DNA of 64,000 bases from Bacteroidales bacterium (lineage in GTDB: Bacteria > Bacteroidota > Bacteroidia > Bacteroidales > UBA12481): the NCBI GenBank assembly GCA_028686135.1, contig JAQUCP010000007.1, positions 49,647 through 113,646 of the forward strand, given 5' to 3'. Position numbers and translations under genes: made by a program. Below, piece after piece: positions 8,929 to 19,087 of the stretch. Numbering within the stretch: position 1 is the first letter of the stretch; each line of letters opens with the position of its first letter. Below the pieces are notes generated by a model. It made no database searches, was not told the origin of the DNA, and worked only from the letters and a program-made list of their open reading frames with translations.

Positions 8929-9369
8929 ATGGCCAAAGTACGTGTAACCAAAATATTCCGCTTCGAGATGGCTCATGCTCTCTGGGGCTATGATGGATTA
9001 TGCAGGAGTGTACACGGGCACTCTTATATCCTGAAGATCACTGTTTCAGGTACTCCGATCGAAGATCCCAACAATATCAAACTGGGTATGGTGATGGATT
9101 TTGGAGACCTCAAACGCTTGGTACACAAGTATATCGTCGATGTGTATGATCATAGCCTGGTGCTCAGTAAACGTGCACCGGTTGAGCTGATTGAACAGAT
9201 TCCCGAAATGTTTGAACGAAGGATCTGGGTTGATTTTCAACCTACTGCCGAAAACCTTGTGCTTTATTATGCCAGTCTGTTGAAAGACAAGTTTCCGGAA
9301 GGAATCACGCTGGAAACGGTTAGGCTTTACGAAACAGCCAACAGCTACGCCGAATGGCAGGCTGAATAA
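8929..9369 (+). CDS. queD: 6-carboxy-5,6,7,8-tetrahydropterin synthase (PTPS family)
   Basis: FRFEMAH.L......C...HGHSY motif (Zn His triad plus catalytic Cys) at ~146 aa. Confidence 0.85.
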   Translation: MAKVRVTKIFRFEMAHALWGYDGLCRSVHGHSYILKITVSGTPIEDPNNIKLGMVMDFGDLKRLVHKYIVDVYDHSLVLSKRAPVELIEQIPEMFERRIWVDFQPTAENLVLYYASLLKDKFPEGITLETVRLYETANSYAEWQAE

Positions 9370-9437
9370 TTTTTCAGAGGCCTACGACGAACCCAGAAGG
9401 AACTGGCGAAACAAATCGAAAAAAATTGAATAACAGT

Positions 9438-12224
9438 ATGGCGGAAGAGAAACGATTATTCCTCCTCGACGCGTATGCGCTGGTTTACCGGTCCTATTAC
9501 GCATTCATCAAAAATCCTCGTATCAACTCCAAGGGACTAAACACTTCTGCAGTTTTTGGGTTTACCCTCACCCTGGATGAACTGATCCGGAAGGAAAACC
9601 CCAGCCACATCGCGGTGGTATTTGATACCCATGCTCCAACCTTCCGGCATATTTTGTACGAAGACTATAAAGCCAATCGGCCACCTATGCCGGAAGATCT
9701 GAGAACTTCGATTCCCTTGATCAAACGCTTAATTGAGGCCTACCGCATCAAAATCATTGAAAAAGACGGATACGAAGCCGATGATGTAATCGGAACCCTG
9801 GCAAAAAAAGCTGAAAAAGAGGGCTTTACCGTGTATATGATCACCCCTGACAAGGATTTTGCCCAGCTGGTCAATGAGAAAATCCTGATGATGAAACCCC
9901 GGCGATCGGGAAATGATGTTGAAATTCTCGGTCCGGCCGAGGTTTGTCAGACTTTTGATATCGAGCGACCGCTACAGGTGATTGATATCCTAGCCCTAAT
10001 GGGAGATACTTCCGATAATGTGCCGGGAGCTCCTGGAATTGGCCCGAAAAGCGCTGCCAACCTGATCCGGCAGTTTGGTTCTGTTGATGGGGTCTATCAA
10101 AACCTCGACAAACTGAAAGGGAAACAGAAGGACTCATTAAAAGAATCTCACGATAAAGTGCTGATGTCGAGAGAATTAGTAACTATCTGCACCGAAGCTC
10201 CTGTGGAATTCAAAGCTCAGGATCTGGTCAGAAACTATCCCGACGAACGTGCCCTAAAGAGTCTGTTCGAAGAGCTGGAGTTCAGAAATCTGATGACACG
10301 AATCCTGAACCGTGAACCAGATCCTTCCCTCTTCACGGAAAAAGACCCTCCTGCCAGTCAGGGTATGCTGTTCGACGTACCACCGTCATCAGTCGCTGAA
10401 AAAGGAAAATCTAACTTATCAGATTCTGACCATCGTTACCGACTATTGACCACTCTTGAGCAGGTTAAGAGCCTCGCAGATGAACTCGCTTCGGTTACCG
10501 AACTCGCTTTTGATACTGAAACCACCGGTCTCGACCCGCTCGAAGCCGAGTTGGTCGGACTGGCCTTGTCATGGAAAGCTGGCGAGGCGGTGTACTTGTT
10601 ATTCCCCGACGACCGGCAGGCTGCCAAACAACTGCTGGCACCTGTCAAACCTATCCTGGAAAACCAGCAGATCAGGAAGATCGGACAGAACATCAAGTAC
10701 GATTATCATATCCTTTACCAATATGGCGTAGAGGTTCAAGGGCCCCTGTTCGACACGATGGTGGCTCACTACCTAATCAATCCCGATGAACGGCATAATC
10801 TTAACCTGCTGGCGGACAAATACCTCGGCTATCAGATGCTCCCCATCGAGGAGCTGATCGGAGAGAAGGGCAAGGATCAGCGGAGCATGCGAACCGTTGA
10901 TCCTGAATTGCAAAAGGAGTATGCCGGAGAGGATGCTGATATCACGTTCCGCCTGAAGCCACTGCTTGAAAAAGAGCTGGAACAGTTTGGCCTGCAGGAT
11001 CTGTTCAATGAGGTAGAGATGCCCCTAGTAACCGTGCTTGCTGATATGGAACGGGCAGGTATCAGACTTGATTCCCTTTCGCTGGCTGATATTTCACTCG
11101 GCCTATCGGAGGAGATTCAAACCCTCGAAAGGGATATCACAGAGTTGGCCGGACTATCCTTCAACCTGGCCTCGCCTAAACAATTGGGCGAAGTGCTATT
11201 CGATCATCTGAAAATCGACACCCAAGCACGACGCACCCGCACCGGACAATACTCGACTAGCGAGGAGGTGCTGGCCAAGCTATCCAACAAACACCCGATT
11301 ATCAACAAAATACTGGAATTTAGAGGGTTAACAAAACTGTTGAACACCTATATTGACACCTTGCCTGGGCTGGTCAGACCAGATACCGGAAAGATTCATA
11401 GCAGCTTCAATCAGACCATCACGGCTACCGGCCGGTTGAGTTCCATCAATCCCAACCTCCAGAATATTCCGATACGCGAGGAGCGGGGCAGGGAAATCAG
11501 AAAAGCTTTTGTGGCAAGCGATGGAGATCGGCTGATGTTATCGGCTGATTACTCTCAGATTGAACTTAGAGTGATGGCTCATTTTAGCGAGGATGTCAAT
11601 ATGATCGCCGCTTTCAATCGGGAAGAGGATATCCATACTGCCACTGCTGCGTTGATTTATCATGTCAAACCGGAAAAAGTAACGCGAGAGATGAGGTCCA
11701 AGGCTAAGATGGCCAATTTTGGCATTATTTACGGCATTTCAAGCTTCGGCTTGTCCCAGCGGTTAAACATATCCAGATCGGAAGCAAAGGAGCTAATTGA
11801 CGGTTATTTTAAATCCTATCCGGGTGTTAAGGCTTACATGGATCACAGTATCCGGCTGGCGAGAGATCATGGTTATGTGCTTACGCTGCTCGGGCGGAGA
11901 AGGTATCTGCCGGACATCGCATCAGAAAATGCCATAGTTCGGGGTAATGCCGAGCGCAATGCCATCAACTCTCCAATCCAGGGTTCGGCTGCTGATATCA
12001 TTAAGATCGCCATGGTAAAAATCCACCAGGAGCTCAGAAAGCGGAACCTTCGCAGCCGGATGGTTCTTCAGGTTCATGACGAATTGAATTTTGATGTATT
12101 TAATCCTGAATTACAGGATGTTAAAGATATTGTCCGATTTGAAATGGAGCGGGCGGTACGGCTGCGTGTTCCGCTTCGTGTGGAGATGGGAACTGGCAGG
12201 AACTGGTTGGAGGCTCATGGATGA
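9438..12224 (+). CDS. polA: DNA polymerase I
   Basis: 5'-nuclease N terminus (LFLLDAYALVYRSYYAF), 3'-5' exo domain (FDTETTGLD), and pol motifs (SADYSQIELRV, QVHDEL). I prefer the ATG at 9438 over the track's TTG at 9426. Confidence 0.97.
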   Translation: MAEEKRLFLLDAYALVYRSYYAFIKNPRINSKGLNTSAVFGFTLTLDELIRKENPSHIAVVFDTHAPTFRHILYEDYKANRPPMPEDLRTSIPLIKRLIEAYRIKIIEKDGYEADDVIGTLAKKAEKEGFTVYMITPDKDFAQLVNEKILMMKPRRSGNDVEILGPAEVCQTFDIERPLQVIDILALMGDTSDNVPGAPGIGPKSAANLIRQFGSVDGVYQNLDKLKGKQKDSLKESHDKVLMSRELVTICTEAPVEFKAQDLVRNYPDERALKSLFEELEFRNLMTRILNREPDPSLFTEKDPPASQGMLFDVPPSSVAEKGKSNLSDSDHRYRLLTTLEQVKSLADELASVTELAFDTETTGLDPLEAELVGLALSWKAGEAVYLLFPDDRQAAKQLLAPVKPILENQQIRKIGQNIKYDYHILYQYGVEVQGPLFDTMVAHYLINPDERHNLNLLADKYLGYQMLPIEELIGEKGKDQRSMRTVDPELQKEYAGEDADITFRLKPLLEKELEQFGLQDLFNEVEMPLVTVLADMERAGIRLDSLSLADISLGLSEEIQTLERDITELAGLSFNLASPKQLGEVLFDHLKIDTQARRTRTGQYSTSEEVLAKLSNKHPIINKILEFRGLTKLLNTYIDTLPGLVRPDTGKIHSSFNQTITATGRLSSINPNLQNIPIREERGREIRKAFVASDGDRLMLSADYSQIELRVMAHFSEDVNMIAAFNREEDIHTATAALIYHVKPEKVTREMRSKAKMANFGIIYGISSFGLSQRLNISRSEAKELIDGYFKSYPGVKAYMDHSIRLARDHGYVLTLLGRRRYLPDIASENAIVRGNAERNAINSPIQGSAADIIKIAMVKIHQELRKRNLRSRMVLQVHDELNFDVFNPELQDVKDIVRFEMERAVRLRVPLRVEMGTGRNWLEAHG

Positions 12225-12784
12225 TGATGGAACAGGTGACCGGCATCATTTTAGCTGGTGGGGCTGCCAGTCGGATGGGACAGCCAAAACCGTTTATTCG
12301 TTGGAAAGGCAAATTGCTGATTGAATGGGTTTTCGAAGCTATTAAGCCCGTTTGCAGCAACATTATAATCGTAGCCAACCAGGGAGATTTCAGCTTTCTT
12401 GGGGCCACGGTTGTTCCCGACAATTTCCCCCGACAGGGGCCAGCGTCGGGCATCGAGGCGGGGCTGACCGCAATGCACACAACCCAAGCAGTGGTGGTGT
12501 CGTGCGATACGCCGAATCTTCCTGCTGCACTATTTGAGCATCTCCTGAAACAACATGGAAATTACGAGGTTACAATTGCCTCGCACGAAGGCATCACAGA
12601 ACCATTGATCGGGATTTACGCGAAAGAGACGTTAGAACGGTTTCGTTCGGCGCTGGTAGCCGGCGATCCTCATCCGCCCCGGATCATCCGCAGCTGTAAA
12701 TGGCAGGCGGTGGCGATCAGTGCGGCGAACAACTTTTTCGCCCCCGATTTGTTTCTAAATTTGAACACCCCAAACGATTTATGA
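12221..12784 (+). CDS. mobA: Molybdenum cofactor guanylyltransferase
   Basis: GIILAGGAASRMG.PK N-terminal motif at ~187 aa. It overlaps the polA stop by 4 nt and is followed by moaD and moaE. Confidence 0.85.
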   Translation: MMMEQVTGIILAGGAASRMGQPKPFIRWKGKLLIEWVFEAIKPVCSNIIIVANQGDFSFLGATVVPDNFPRQGPASGIEAGLTAMHTTQAVVVSCDTPNLPAALFEHLLKQHGNYEVTIASHEGITEPLIGIYAKETLERFRSALVAGDPHPPRIIRSCKWQAVAISAANNFFAPDLFLNLNTPNDL

Positions 12785-12788
12785 CACC

Positions 12789-13025
12789 ATGCCCAAGGTA
12801 ACTCTGCTCTATTTCGGATCTATCCGGGATATCACCGGACTGGCATCGGAGCAAACTGTTGCTCCCGCCACATTAGAGGCTCTTCACCAGGAGTTACTGT
12901 TTCACTACCCATCGCTGCAGTCAGCTCATTATCGTTACTCGGTAAATGAAACGCTGATTACGGGTGATCACCAGCTGGCCGATGGTGATGTGATTGCTTT
13001 ATTGCCACCGTTTGCCGGAGGATGA
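12789..13025 (+). CDS. moaD: Molybdopterin synthase sulfur-carrier subunit
   Basis: 78 aa with a ubiquitin-like pattern, ending in the diagnostic C-terminal GG. Confidence 0.9.
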   Translation: MPKVTLLYFGSIRDITGLASEQTVAPATLEALHQELLFHYPSLQSAHYRYSVNETLITGDHQLADGDVIALLPPFAGG

Positions 13026-13462
13026 ATAAAATGAATCAAACGATTAAATTAATTGATGGGCCGATTGGTAATGAGGCCATTAACACGGAGATCTTTCAAA
13101 CAAGTGAAGACACGCAAAATGGAGCTTATGCGCTGTTTATCGGACGAGTCAGAGCTGATGATGAGGAACCTTCACCCGTGGAGGCGATTGAGTATTCAGC
13201 CTATCCGGAAATGGTAGCGAAAGTCATGGGTGAATTAAGCGAAGAGCTGTTTGGTCACTACTCGTACCTGACGGGTTTACGGGTATTACACAGCACAGGG
13301 CGGGTGAAGGCAGGGGAGGTGTCTCTTTTGGTGATGGTAACGGGTCGTCACCGCACACAAATATTCGAAGCCCTGAGTTCTTGTGTTGAGTTGATTAAAG
13401 ATCGCCTGCCGGTTTGGAAGAAAGAGCTGCTAGCTGATGGCAGTTCCCGATGGATTGAATAA
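13022..13462 (+). CDS. moaE: Molybdopterin synthase catalytic subunit
   Basis: GA...F.G.VR....Y.AY..M pattern with the conserved PVWKKE box. It overlaps the moaD stop by 4 nt. Confidence 0.9.
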   Translation: MNKMNQTIKLIDGPIGNEAINTEIFQTSEDTQNGAYALFIGRVRADDEEPSPVEAIEYSAYPEMVAKVMGELSEELFGHYSYLTGLRVLHSTGRVKAGEVSLLVMVTGRHRTQIFEALSSCVELIKDRLPVWKKELLADGSSRWIE

Positions 13463-13465
13463 AAG

Positions 13466-15112
13466 CTATTTCCCAAGCAATTTTAGATACTCCTCTTGAT
13501 TTGATAGGATCTCCACAGCTTTTGCAATTGTCTGATCATTAGGAATAACCTGCCGCGCCCGACCGCTCTGGTGATAATATCTGCTGACAATCTCTTCTTC
13601 CAGAACGGTGGTAATTTCCGGCCTAAACAGCTCCAGATCCCGATTTAGATCTCCGCTCACCACCTGTTTAATCTGGTTGACCAGTTCAGCTGATTTATCC
13701 AGAAATTTTTCGGATTCCAGCACTTTTTCGAGCTTTTCCAAGGCTTCTTCACTAGCTGTCTGATAGGTAAAGTTGTTTTCCTTAAGAAATGCTGGAAGAT
13801 CTTTCCACACCGTTTCCTGCAGGTGAAACGATCCCGGCGGAAGAATAGATTCATTCAGGTTTCTGAACTTGGTTGCGAAATCGAAGAACTGTCTTTGATA
13901 AACCATTTCTGTAGCCAATGCACTTAACGTCCTGGGTTTGATTTGGATATCCGGGATTATTCCACCACCGTCCCGCACTTTTCTTCCTGCTTTTGTCGAA
14001 AATTCGGAGGTCAGTGAATCGGGGATATTCCCCACGCTGCCATCCGGTCGGCGGTTGCTATAGTCGAGAGCCTGAATACATCGTCCGCTGGGGATATAAT
14101 ACTTAGCTGTAGTCAGATTCAGTTTAGCTTTATAGCTCAGGTTCCGTGTTGTTTGGACCAAGCCTTTCCCGAAGGTACGCTGACCGATTATCACGCCGCG
14201 ATCGAGGTCTTGCATCACTCCCGCCACAATTTCGGATGCGGAAGCGGATGCGGAGTTGACCAGGACAGCAACGGGTATTAAGGTATCGATGGGATTTGAG
14301 CGGCAGCTGTAGCTGGCCACCCATTGTCGAGCTTTTCCACGGGTGGTAACTACCTCCTGACCTCTTGGGACGAAGATGTTAACGATTTCCACGGCTTCCA
14401 TCAGCAACCCACCGGGATTACCTCTGAAATCCAATACTACGCTGGAGATTCCTTGTTCTTTCAAATCGAGGAGGGCTTCTTTAACCTCCCGACTGGCTCC
14501 TTCGGTAAAGCCGGTGATCCGGATGTACCCGGTATTATCTGTAAGAGTTTGATAATGAGCGACATTGGGGAATTTGATTTTCTCTCTGACGAGGTTCAGC
14601 GTCAGTTTTTCTCCGGAGTAAGGTCGCTCAATGGTCAGTGTTACCGGCGATCCAATTTCCCCTTTCATCTCTTCAGTAATTTCAGCAGGTTTCCGTCCGC
14701 TCACTGGCCTTCCGTTCACTTGGCGTATCAGGTCGCCAGCCCGGAGTCCGGCCTTTTGGGCTGGGGAACCTTCGTATGGCTCGGTAACGAATATGGTGTC
14801 TCCCCGCTGGCCGATCATGGCACCTATCCCGCCATATTCGCCGGTGGTCATTAGCTGGATATCCTCGATCCTGGATTCCGGGATATACAAGGTATAGGGA
14901 TCGAGGGATTTCAGCATATGATCGATGCCCGACCGGATCAGTTTACCCGGATCGATCTCATCAACATAATAGAGGTCTAGCTCCCGAAGCAAAGATTGTT
15001 GAATGTCAAGCTGTTTTGACCATTCGAATTCACGGTCGTGCTGGGCCGTGAAAATCAGCGGAGCGGCCAAAAGTAAAAGAATCAGTCCGACGGTTTTAAG
15101 CTTTCTTCTCAT
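13466..15112 (-). CDS. S41 family C-terminal processing peptidase (PDZ plus peptidase domains)
   Basis: PDZ segment (SPAQKAGLRAGDLI), S41 motifs (NSASASASEI, TFGKG). I place the start at the ATG at 15112 (MRRKLKTVGLILLLL signal-like). The longer track form to 15295 would overlap yidD. Confidence 0.9.
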   Translation of the reverse strand: MRRKLKTVGLILLLLAAPLIFTAQHDREFEWSKQLDIQQSLLRELDLYYVDEIDPGKLIRSGIDHMLKSLDPYTLYIPESRIEDIQLMTTGEYGGIGAMIGQRGDTIFVTEPYEGSPAQKAGLRAGDLIRQVNGRPVSGRKPAEITEEMKGEIGSPVTLTIERPYSGEKLTLNLVREKIKFPNVAHYQTLTDNTGYIRITGFTEGASREVKEALLDLKEQGISSVVLDFRGNPGGLLMEAVEIVNIFVPRGQEVVTTRGKARQWVASYSCRSNPIDTLIPVAVLVNSASASASEIVAGVMQDLDRGVIIGQRTFGKGLVQTTRNLSYKAKLNLTTAKYYIPSGRCIQALDYSNRRPDGSVGNIPDSLTSEFSTKAGRKVRDGGGIIPDIQIKPRTLSALATEMVYQRQFFDFATKFRNLNESILPPGSFHLQETVWKDLPAFLKENNFTYQTASEEALEKLEKVLESEKFLDKSAELVNQIKQVVSGDLNRDLELFRPEITTVLEEEIVSRYYHQSGRARQVIPNDQTIAKAVEILSNQEEYLKLLGK

Positions 15113-15125
15113 TAACGTTAACTCA

Positions 15126-15368
15126 TTATGGAACAGGATCATAACCATGACCACCCCAAGGATTACAGCGGAGGATTCTTTTGATTCCAAGATAACCTCC
15201 CTTGAAAGGGCCATACTTTTTGACTGCTTCAATAAAGTAATTTGAGCAGGTAGGGACATATCGGCACGAGGATCGCAGGTGTGGTGAAATGGCACGCTGG
15301 TAAAATCTGACCAGCATGATTAGAAACCACGCCAGAATCTGTTTGATCAGATTAATTAATCGTTTCAC
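15126..15368 (-). CDS. yidD: Membrane protein insertion efficiency factor YidD
   Basis: YQ..ISP....CR..PTCS.Y...A....G...G......R..RC.P signature at 80 aa, adjacent to rnpA. Confidence 0.95.
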   Translation of the reverse strand: MKRLINLIKQILAWFLIMLVRFYQRAISPHLRSSCRYVPTCSNYFIEAVKKYGPFKGGYLGIKRILRCNPWGGHGYDPVP

Positions 15369-15759
15369 TCGTGCTTTGTTTTAAATTTTGTATCAGCTTA
15401 TTAAGGACAACACTAATTTTTCGGTTGATTTCTTCAAATGGGAGGATTTCGTTTGCTGCATAGACTAGCAAAATCAGCATGGTAGTATTCTGAGACTCTA
15501 GCGCATGGTAGAGGAGATCCTTTTGCTGGCGATAAGCCTCACGGCACAACCGTTTGGCACGATTCCGGTCTACGGCACGCTTATATTGCTTTTTTCTCAC
15601 GGCAATAGCCATTTGAGCGGGATAAGGCTCTCCCTGAAAAGCGTTTGTCAGATAGATTACCCGAAACGGATAGCTAAAAAAACTGTCGCCCTCCTTTAAA
15701 AGCAGGTCGAAACGTCTCTTTAAGTAAAGACGCTCGCCCTTCTTAAAAGTCTGGTTCAT
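15352..15759 (-). CDS. rnpA: Ribonuclease P protein component
   Basis: Basic ~135-aa protein with [16 protein letters not shown] (RNR motif region). It sits upstream of yidD, the classical synteny. Confidence 0.9.
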   Translation of the reverse strand: MNQTFKKGERLYLKRRFDLLLKEGDSFFSYPFRVIYLTNAFQGEPYPAQMAIAVRKKQYKRAVDRNRAKRLCREAYRQQKDLLYHALESQNTTMLILLVYAANEILPFEEINRKISVVLNKLIQNLKQSTSETIN

Positions 15760-15761
15760 AA

Positions 15762-16517
15762 CTATTTTAATGACTTCTTGCAGGCGTCTCTCAGGAAGCT
15801 ATCCAAAGCCATACTCATGGATGGACACTCTGGGGAGGGAACGCGCACATCGATGCGGAGCCCAAGAGCCTCAGCTGCTTTTGCGGTATTAGGGCCGAAG
15901 GTAGCGATCAGTGTTTCGTTCTGAACGAACTCGGGAAAATTCTGGAATAGCGACTCAATACCTGCCGGGCTGTAGAACACCATCATTTCATAATCCTTCA
16001 GATTAAGATGCCGGAGATCTGAGCTTAAGGTCTTATAAAAATAGGCCTTTGTAAACTTCAGGCCTTTGCTGCTAAGCAATGCCGGAATTTCATCATTATG
16101 AACCGTTGATGTAGGGACCAGAAATTTTTCTTCCTTATTCTTAACCAGCACATCCTCAAGATCTTCGATGGTTTTCTTCCCAAAGAAAATTTTGCGTTTC
16201 CGATAAACGATGTACTTCTGCAGATAGACTGCTATCGATTCGGAAGTGCAAAAATACTTCATCGAATCCGGAACAACGATTCTAAGCTCTTCGCAAAGGC
16301 GAAAGAAGTGGTCGATAGCGGTTCGGCTGTTAAAGATGACAGCAGTATGCTCCAGGATATTGATCCTGGCCGACCGGAACTCTTTGGCGGAAACCCCTTC
16401 GATGTATATGAACTGGTGGAAATCAAGAGTAACCTTGTGTATTTCTTCCAGTTCCGAGTAAGGTGACTTGTCGCTTTCCGGCCTAGGTTGGGAGATAAGA
16501 ATTTTCTTGATTTTCAA
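15762..16517 (-). CDS. hemD: Uroporphyrinogen-III synthase-like (HemD family) protein
   Basis: KIKKILISQPRPESDKSPY N terminus and two-lobed HemD-like pattern. The start is probably the TTG at 16517. The track's 16577 start adds 20 aa that overlap the upstream gene. Confidence 0.7.
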   Translation of the reverse strand: MKIKKILISQPRPESDKSPYSELEEIHKVTLDFHQFIYIEGVSAKEFRSARINILEHTAVIFNSRTAIDHFFRLCEELRIVVPDSMKYFCTSESIAVYLQKYIVYRKRKIFFGKKTIEDLEDVLVKNKEEKFLVPTSTVHNDEIPALLSSKGLKFTKAYFYKTLSSDLRHLNLKDYEMMVFYSPAGIESLFQNFPEFVQNETLIATFGPNTAKAAEALGLRIDVRVPSPECPSMSMALDSFLRDACKKSLK

Positions 16518-16554
16518 TATACAGTCTCCTAATTTTCTTATCAATACTTGTTGT

Positions 16555-17247
16555 TCAAATATCCTTAAGCAGGGCACTCATTCCCCACCATACAGGAAGA
16601 ATTTCAAGGGTACAAAGGTATAAAATCTTGTAAAATAAATTAATGCCGCCTGTTTTCAGCACTTTTAACTCTCTGATCACGCTATAAATAAGCCATGCAG
16701 AAAGGGCCAACCAGATAAGGATTAGGGCCACCAACCGGAGGGGTATTGACAAAAAAGGCACGATAAAAACGGGGATCATTCCGTAGAATCCCAGGAACTG
16801 ATAATTGACCAACCAGATCTGGTTAAACCGGCTCGACAAGTCGGGAATTTGAAACAGCCATCCAAAAGCGGCACTAATGAACAGCCTGAACAACAGGTAC
16901 ATGAAAAGAATGGCCAGCAGTTTCAGGTAACCAAACATTGGGTTCACGGGTAAAGCCGGATGATATAACCAGGTCATCTGCTCATAGACAAAAAGGGCTA
17001 GTATCAGCGTTGTATTGAGAGCAAACAACATCGATTCCCGGGGGAGGTTGGTGCGTTTTTCCGAGATCAGTTTAACAGCCTCATAATCATTAAAAAAACT
17101 GATTTGAACCCGGCGGTGGTAATTTGGGAAAAACATTCGACCAAGGAAATGGACCAGGAAAACCAGGACAGCCAGAAGGATAATCCAGTCGGTATCCGGG
17201 TTGGGATTGGTGATTTCGGGCAGGTACCAAGGTTCCATCAAGGGCAA
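16555..17247 (-). CDS. Polytopic membrane protein (DUF4271-like)
   Basis: About 6 hydrophobic helices. I recall this position next to the hemD-like gene as conserved in Bacteroidota. The family name is from memory. Confidence 0.6.
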   Translation of the reverse strand: MPLMEPWYLPEITNPNPDTDWIILLAVLVFLVHFLGRMFFPNYHRRVQISFFNDYEAVKLISEKRTNLPRESMLFALNTTLILALFVYEQMTWLYHPALPVNPMFGYLKLLAILFMYLLFRLFISAAFGWLFQIPDLSSRFNQIWLVNYQFLGFYGMIPVFIVPFLSIPLRLVALILIWLALSAWLIYSVIRELKVLKTGGINLFYKILYLCTLEILPVWWGMSALLKDI

Positions 17248-17260
17248 AGGTACGCTGTTT

Positions 17261-19087
17261 TTACTTATCCTTCTGATCGAAGAATTCCCTGATTTTTCGT
17301 GCCCGGGCTAAACCGGTATGCTGAGCAATTTCTTCCAGTGAGGCGTTCCGAATCCTTTCGACCGACCCAAATTCCTGCAGCAGGCTATTACGGGTCTGTT
17401 CTCCCACCCCTTTGATTTCATCCAATAAAGATCCGGTAATACCTTTTTCTCTCTTTTTTCGGTGATGTGTTATTCCAAAGCGGTGTGCCTCATCGCGCAT
17501 CTGTTGAATAATCCGCAGGCTTTCTGATTTTTTATCAAGATACAACGGTACGGGGTCATCCGGGAAGTAGATCTCCTCCAACCTTTTTGCGATCCCAACC
17601 AGAGCCACCTTATTCCGTAATCCCAATTTTTCGAGGCTCTTCATCGCGGCACTTAGTTGGCCTTTCCCTCCGTCCACGATGATGAGTTGTGGCAGGGAAG
17701 TTCCCTCATCCATCATCCTACGGTATCGACGGTACACCACCTCTTCCATGGAAGCAAAATCATCCGGACCGATCACGGTTTTGATATTAAAATGCCGATA
17801 ATCTTTCTTGCTCGGGGCAGCATTACGGAAAACCACACACGCTGCCACTGGATTTGTTCCCTGCGTATTGGAGTTATCAAAACATTCGATGTGCACCGGT
17901 AAATCACTCAATCTCAAATCTTTTCGGAGAACTTCCAGTTTTCGGCTCACCGATGAGGCTGCTACCTGTTTTACCTGTTGTTTTTGCCTGTCATATTTGA
18001 AATAGAGCGCATTTTTCAAGGACAAATCCAGTAGGCTCTTTTTATCTCCCTGGCGTGGAATCGTAATCTTCACATTATCTGCGGGATAATCCAAGGTTAC
18101 TGGTACGATAATTTCCGGAGCATCGCTAGAAAAGCGGTTTCGCAGATCATAAACGGCCAGACTTAACAATTCCGATTCGGTTTCGTTCAGTCGCTTTTTC
18201 AATTCAATAGAGTGAGCCTGGATCAGTGCACCGTTTATGACCTTCATATAATTGACATATCCAGCCCGGTCGTCCGTAGTAATTGAGAATACATCCACAT
18301 GTTTGATTCTGGTATTGGAAACGGCCGATTTGCTCTGGAATTTTTCCAGGAGCATGATTTTTTCCTTAAGTGCGTTAGCCTGCTCAAATTGATACGATGC
18401 TGCCAGCTCCTTCATCTCCTTTTTGAGTGAGTGAATCACTGATAATGAGTTGCCGTTCAGGATTTTAACAATTTCTTCAACCTGTTTTTGGTAAGATTCC
18501 TCAGTTTGATATCCGACACAGGGACCCAGGCAGTTGCCAAGATGGAACTCCAGGCAAACTTTAAATTTTCCTGCCTTGATATTTTCTGGTGTTAATGACA
18601 GGGAGCAGGTTCGGACCTTATAGAGTTGCCGGATTAGTTCGATGATGTTTTTCCATATTTTTCCTGAGGTGTACGGTCCGAAATACCTCGACCCGTCTCG
18701 AATAATCTGTCTGGTTGTGAACACCCTTGGGAATGGTTCCTGCTTAACACAGATCCAGGGATAGGTTTTGTCATCTTTAAGCAGAACGTTATAGCGGGGT
18801 TGGTGTTGTTTGATCAGGTTATTTTCCAGCAGGAGGGCATCGCTTTCGGTATTTACCACGATGTGTTGGATCGCGTGAATTTTTCTGACCAGAACAGCCA
18901 GTTTGGCGCTGTCTGGATTTTTCTGAAAGTAAGATAACACTCTCTTTTTCAGGCTTTTTGCCTTGCCCACATAAATAATTTTCCCTTCAACATTATAGAA
19001 CTGATATACCCCTGGTTTCTCAGGGAGCGACCGGGCCACCTCCATGATCCGGTCGGGTGGGGTATATAATTCATAACGTGTTGCCAT
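17261..19087 (-). CDS. uvrC: Excinuclease ABC subunit C
   Basis: GIY-YIG N terminus (GVYQFYN..GKIIYVGKAK), UvrBC domain, and C-terminal HhH (LLDEIKGVGEQTRNSLLQEFGS). Confidence 0.97.
   Translation of the reverse strand: MATRYELYTPPDRIMEVARSLPEKPGVYQFYNVEGKIIYVGKAKSLKKRVLSYFQKNPDSAKLAVLVRKIHAIQHIVVNTESDALLLENNLIKQHQPRYNVLLKDDKTYPWICVKQEPFPRVFTTRQIIRDGSRYFGPYTSGKIWKNIIELIRQLYKVRTCSLSLTPENIKAGKFKVCLEFHLGNCLGPCVGYQTEESYQKQVEEIVKILNGNSLSVIHSLKKEMKELAASYQFEQANALKEKIMLLEKFQSKSAVSNTRIKHVDVFSITTDDRAGYVNYMKVINGALIQAHSIELKKRLNETESELLSLAVYDLRNRFSSDAPEIIVPVTLDYPADNVKITIPRQGDKKSLLDLSLKNALYFKYDRQKQQVKQVAASSVSRKLEVLRKDLRLSDLPVHIECFDNSNTQGTNPVAACVVFRNAAPSKKDYRHFNIKTVIGPDDFASMEEVVYRRYRRMMDEGTSLPQLIIVDGGKGQLSAAMKSLEKLGLRNKVALVGIAKRLEEIYFPDDPVPLYLDKKSESLRIIQQMRDEAHRFGITHHRKKREKGITGSLLDEIKGVGEQTRNSLLQEFGSVERIRNASLEEIAQHTGLARARKIREFFDQKDK

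Noticed and set aside
14324-14854. 176-aa plus-strand ORF
   Set aside because: It is antisense to the S41 peptidase gene, which has clear PDZ and S41 motifs.
15113-15295. N-terminal extension of the S41 peptidase ORF; similar over-long track starts at 39439, 44180, 48288 and 49146
   Set aside because: Each extension overlaps an upstream gene or a promoter spacer. Each also precedes an internal ATG followed by a signal peptide or lipobox (15112, 39535, 48348, 49269) or, at 44297, the family-typical N terminus. I use the shorter forms.
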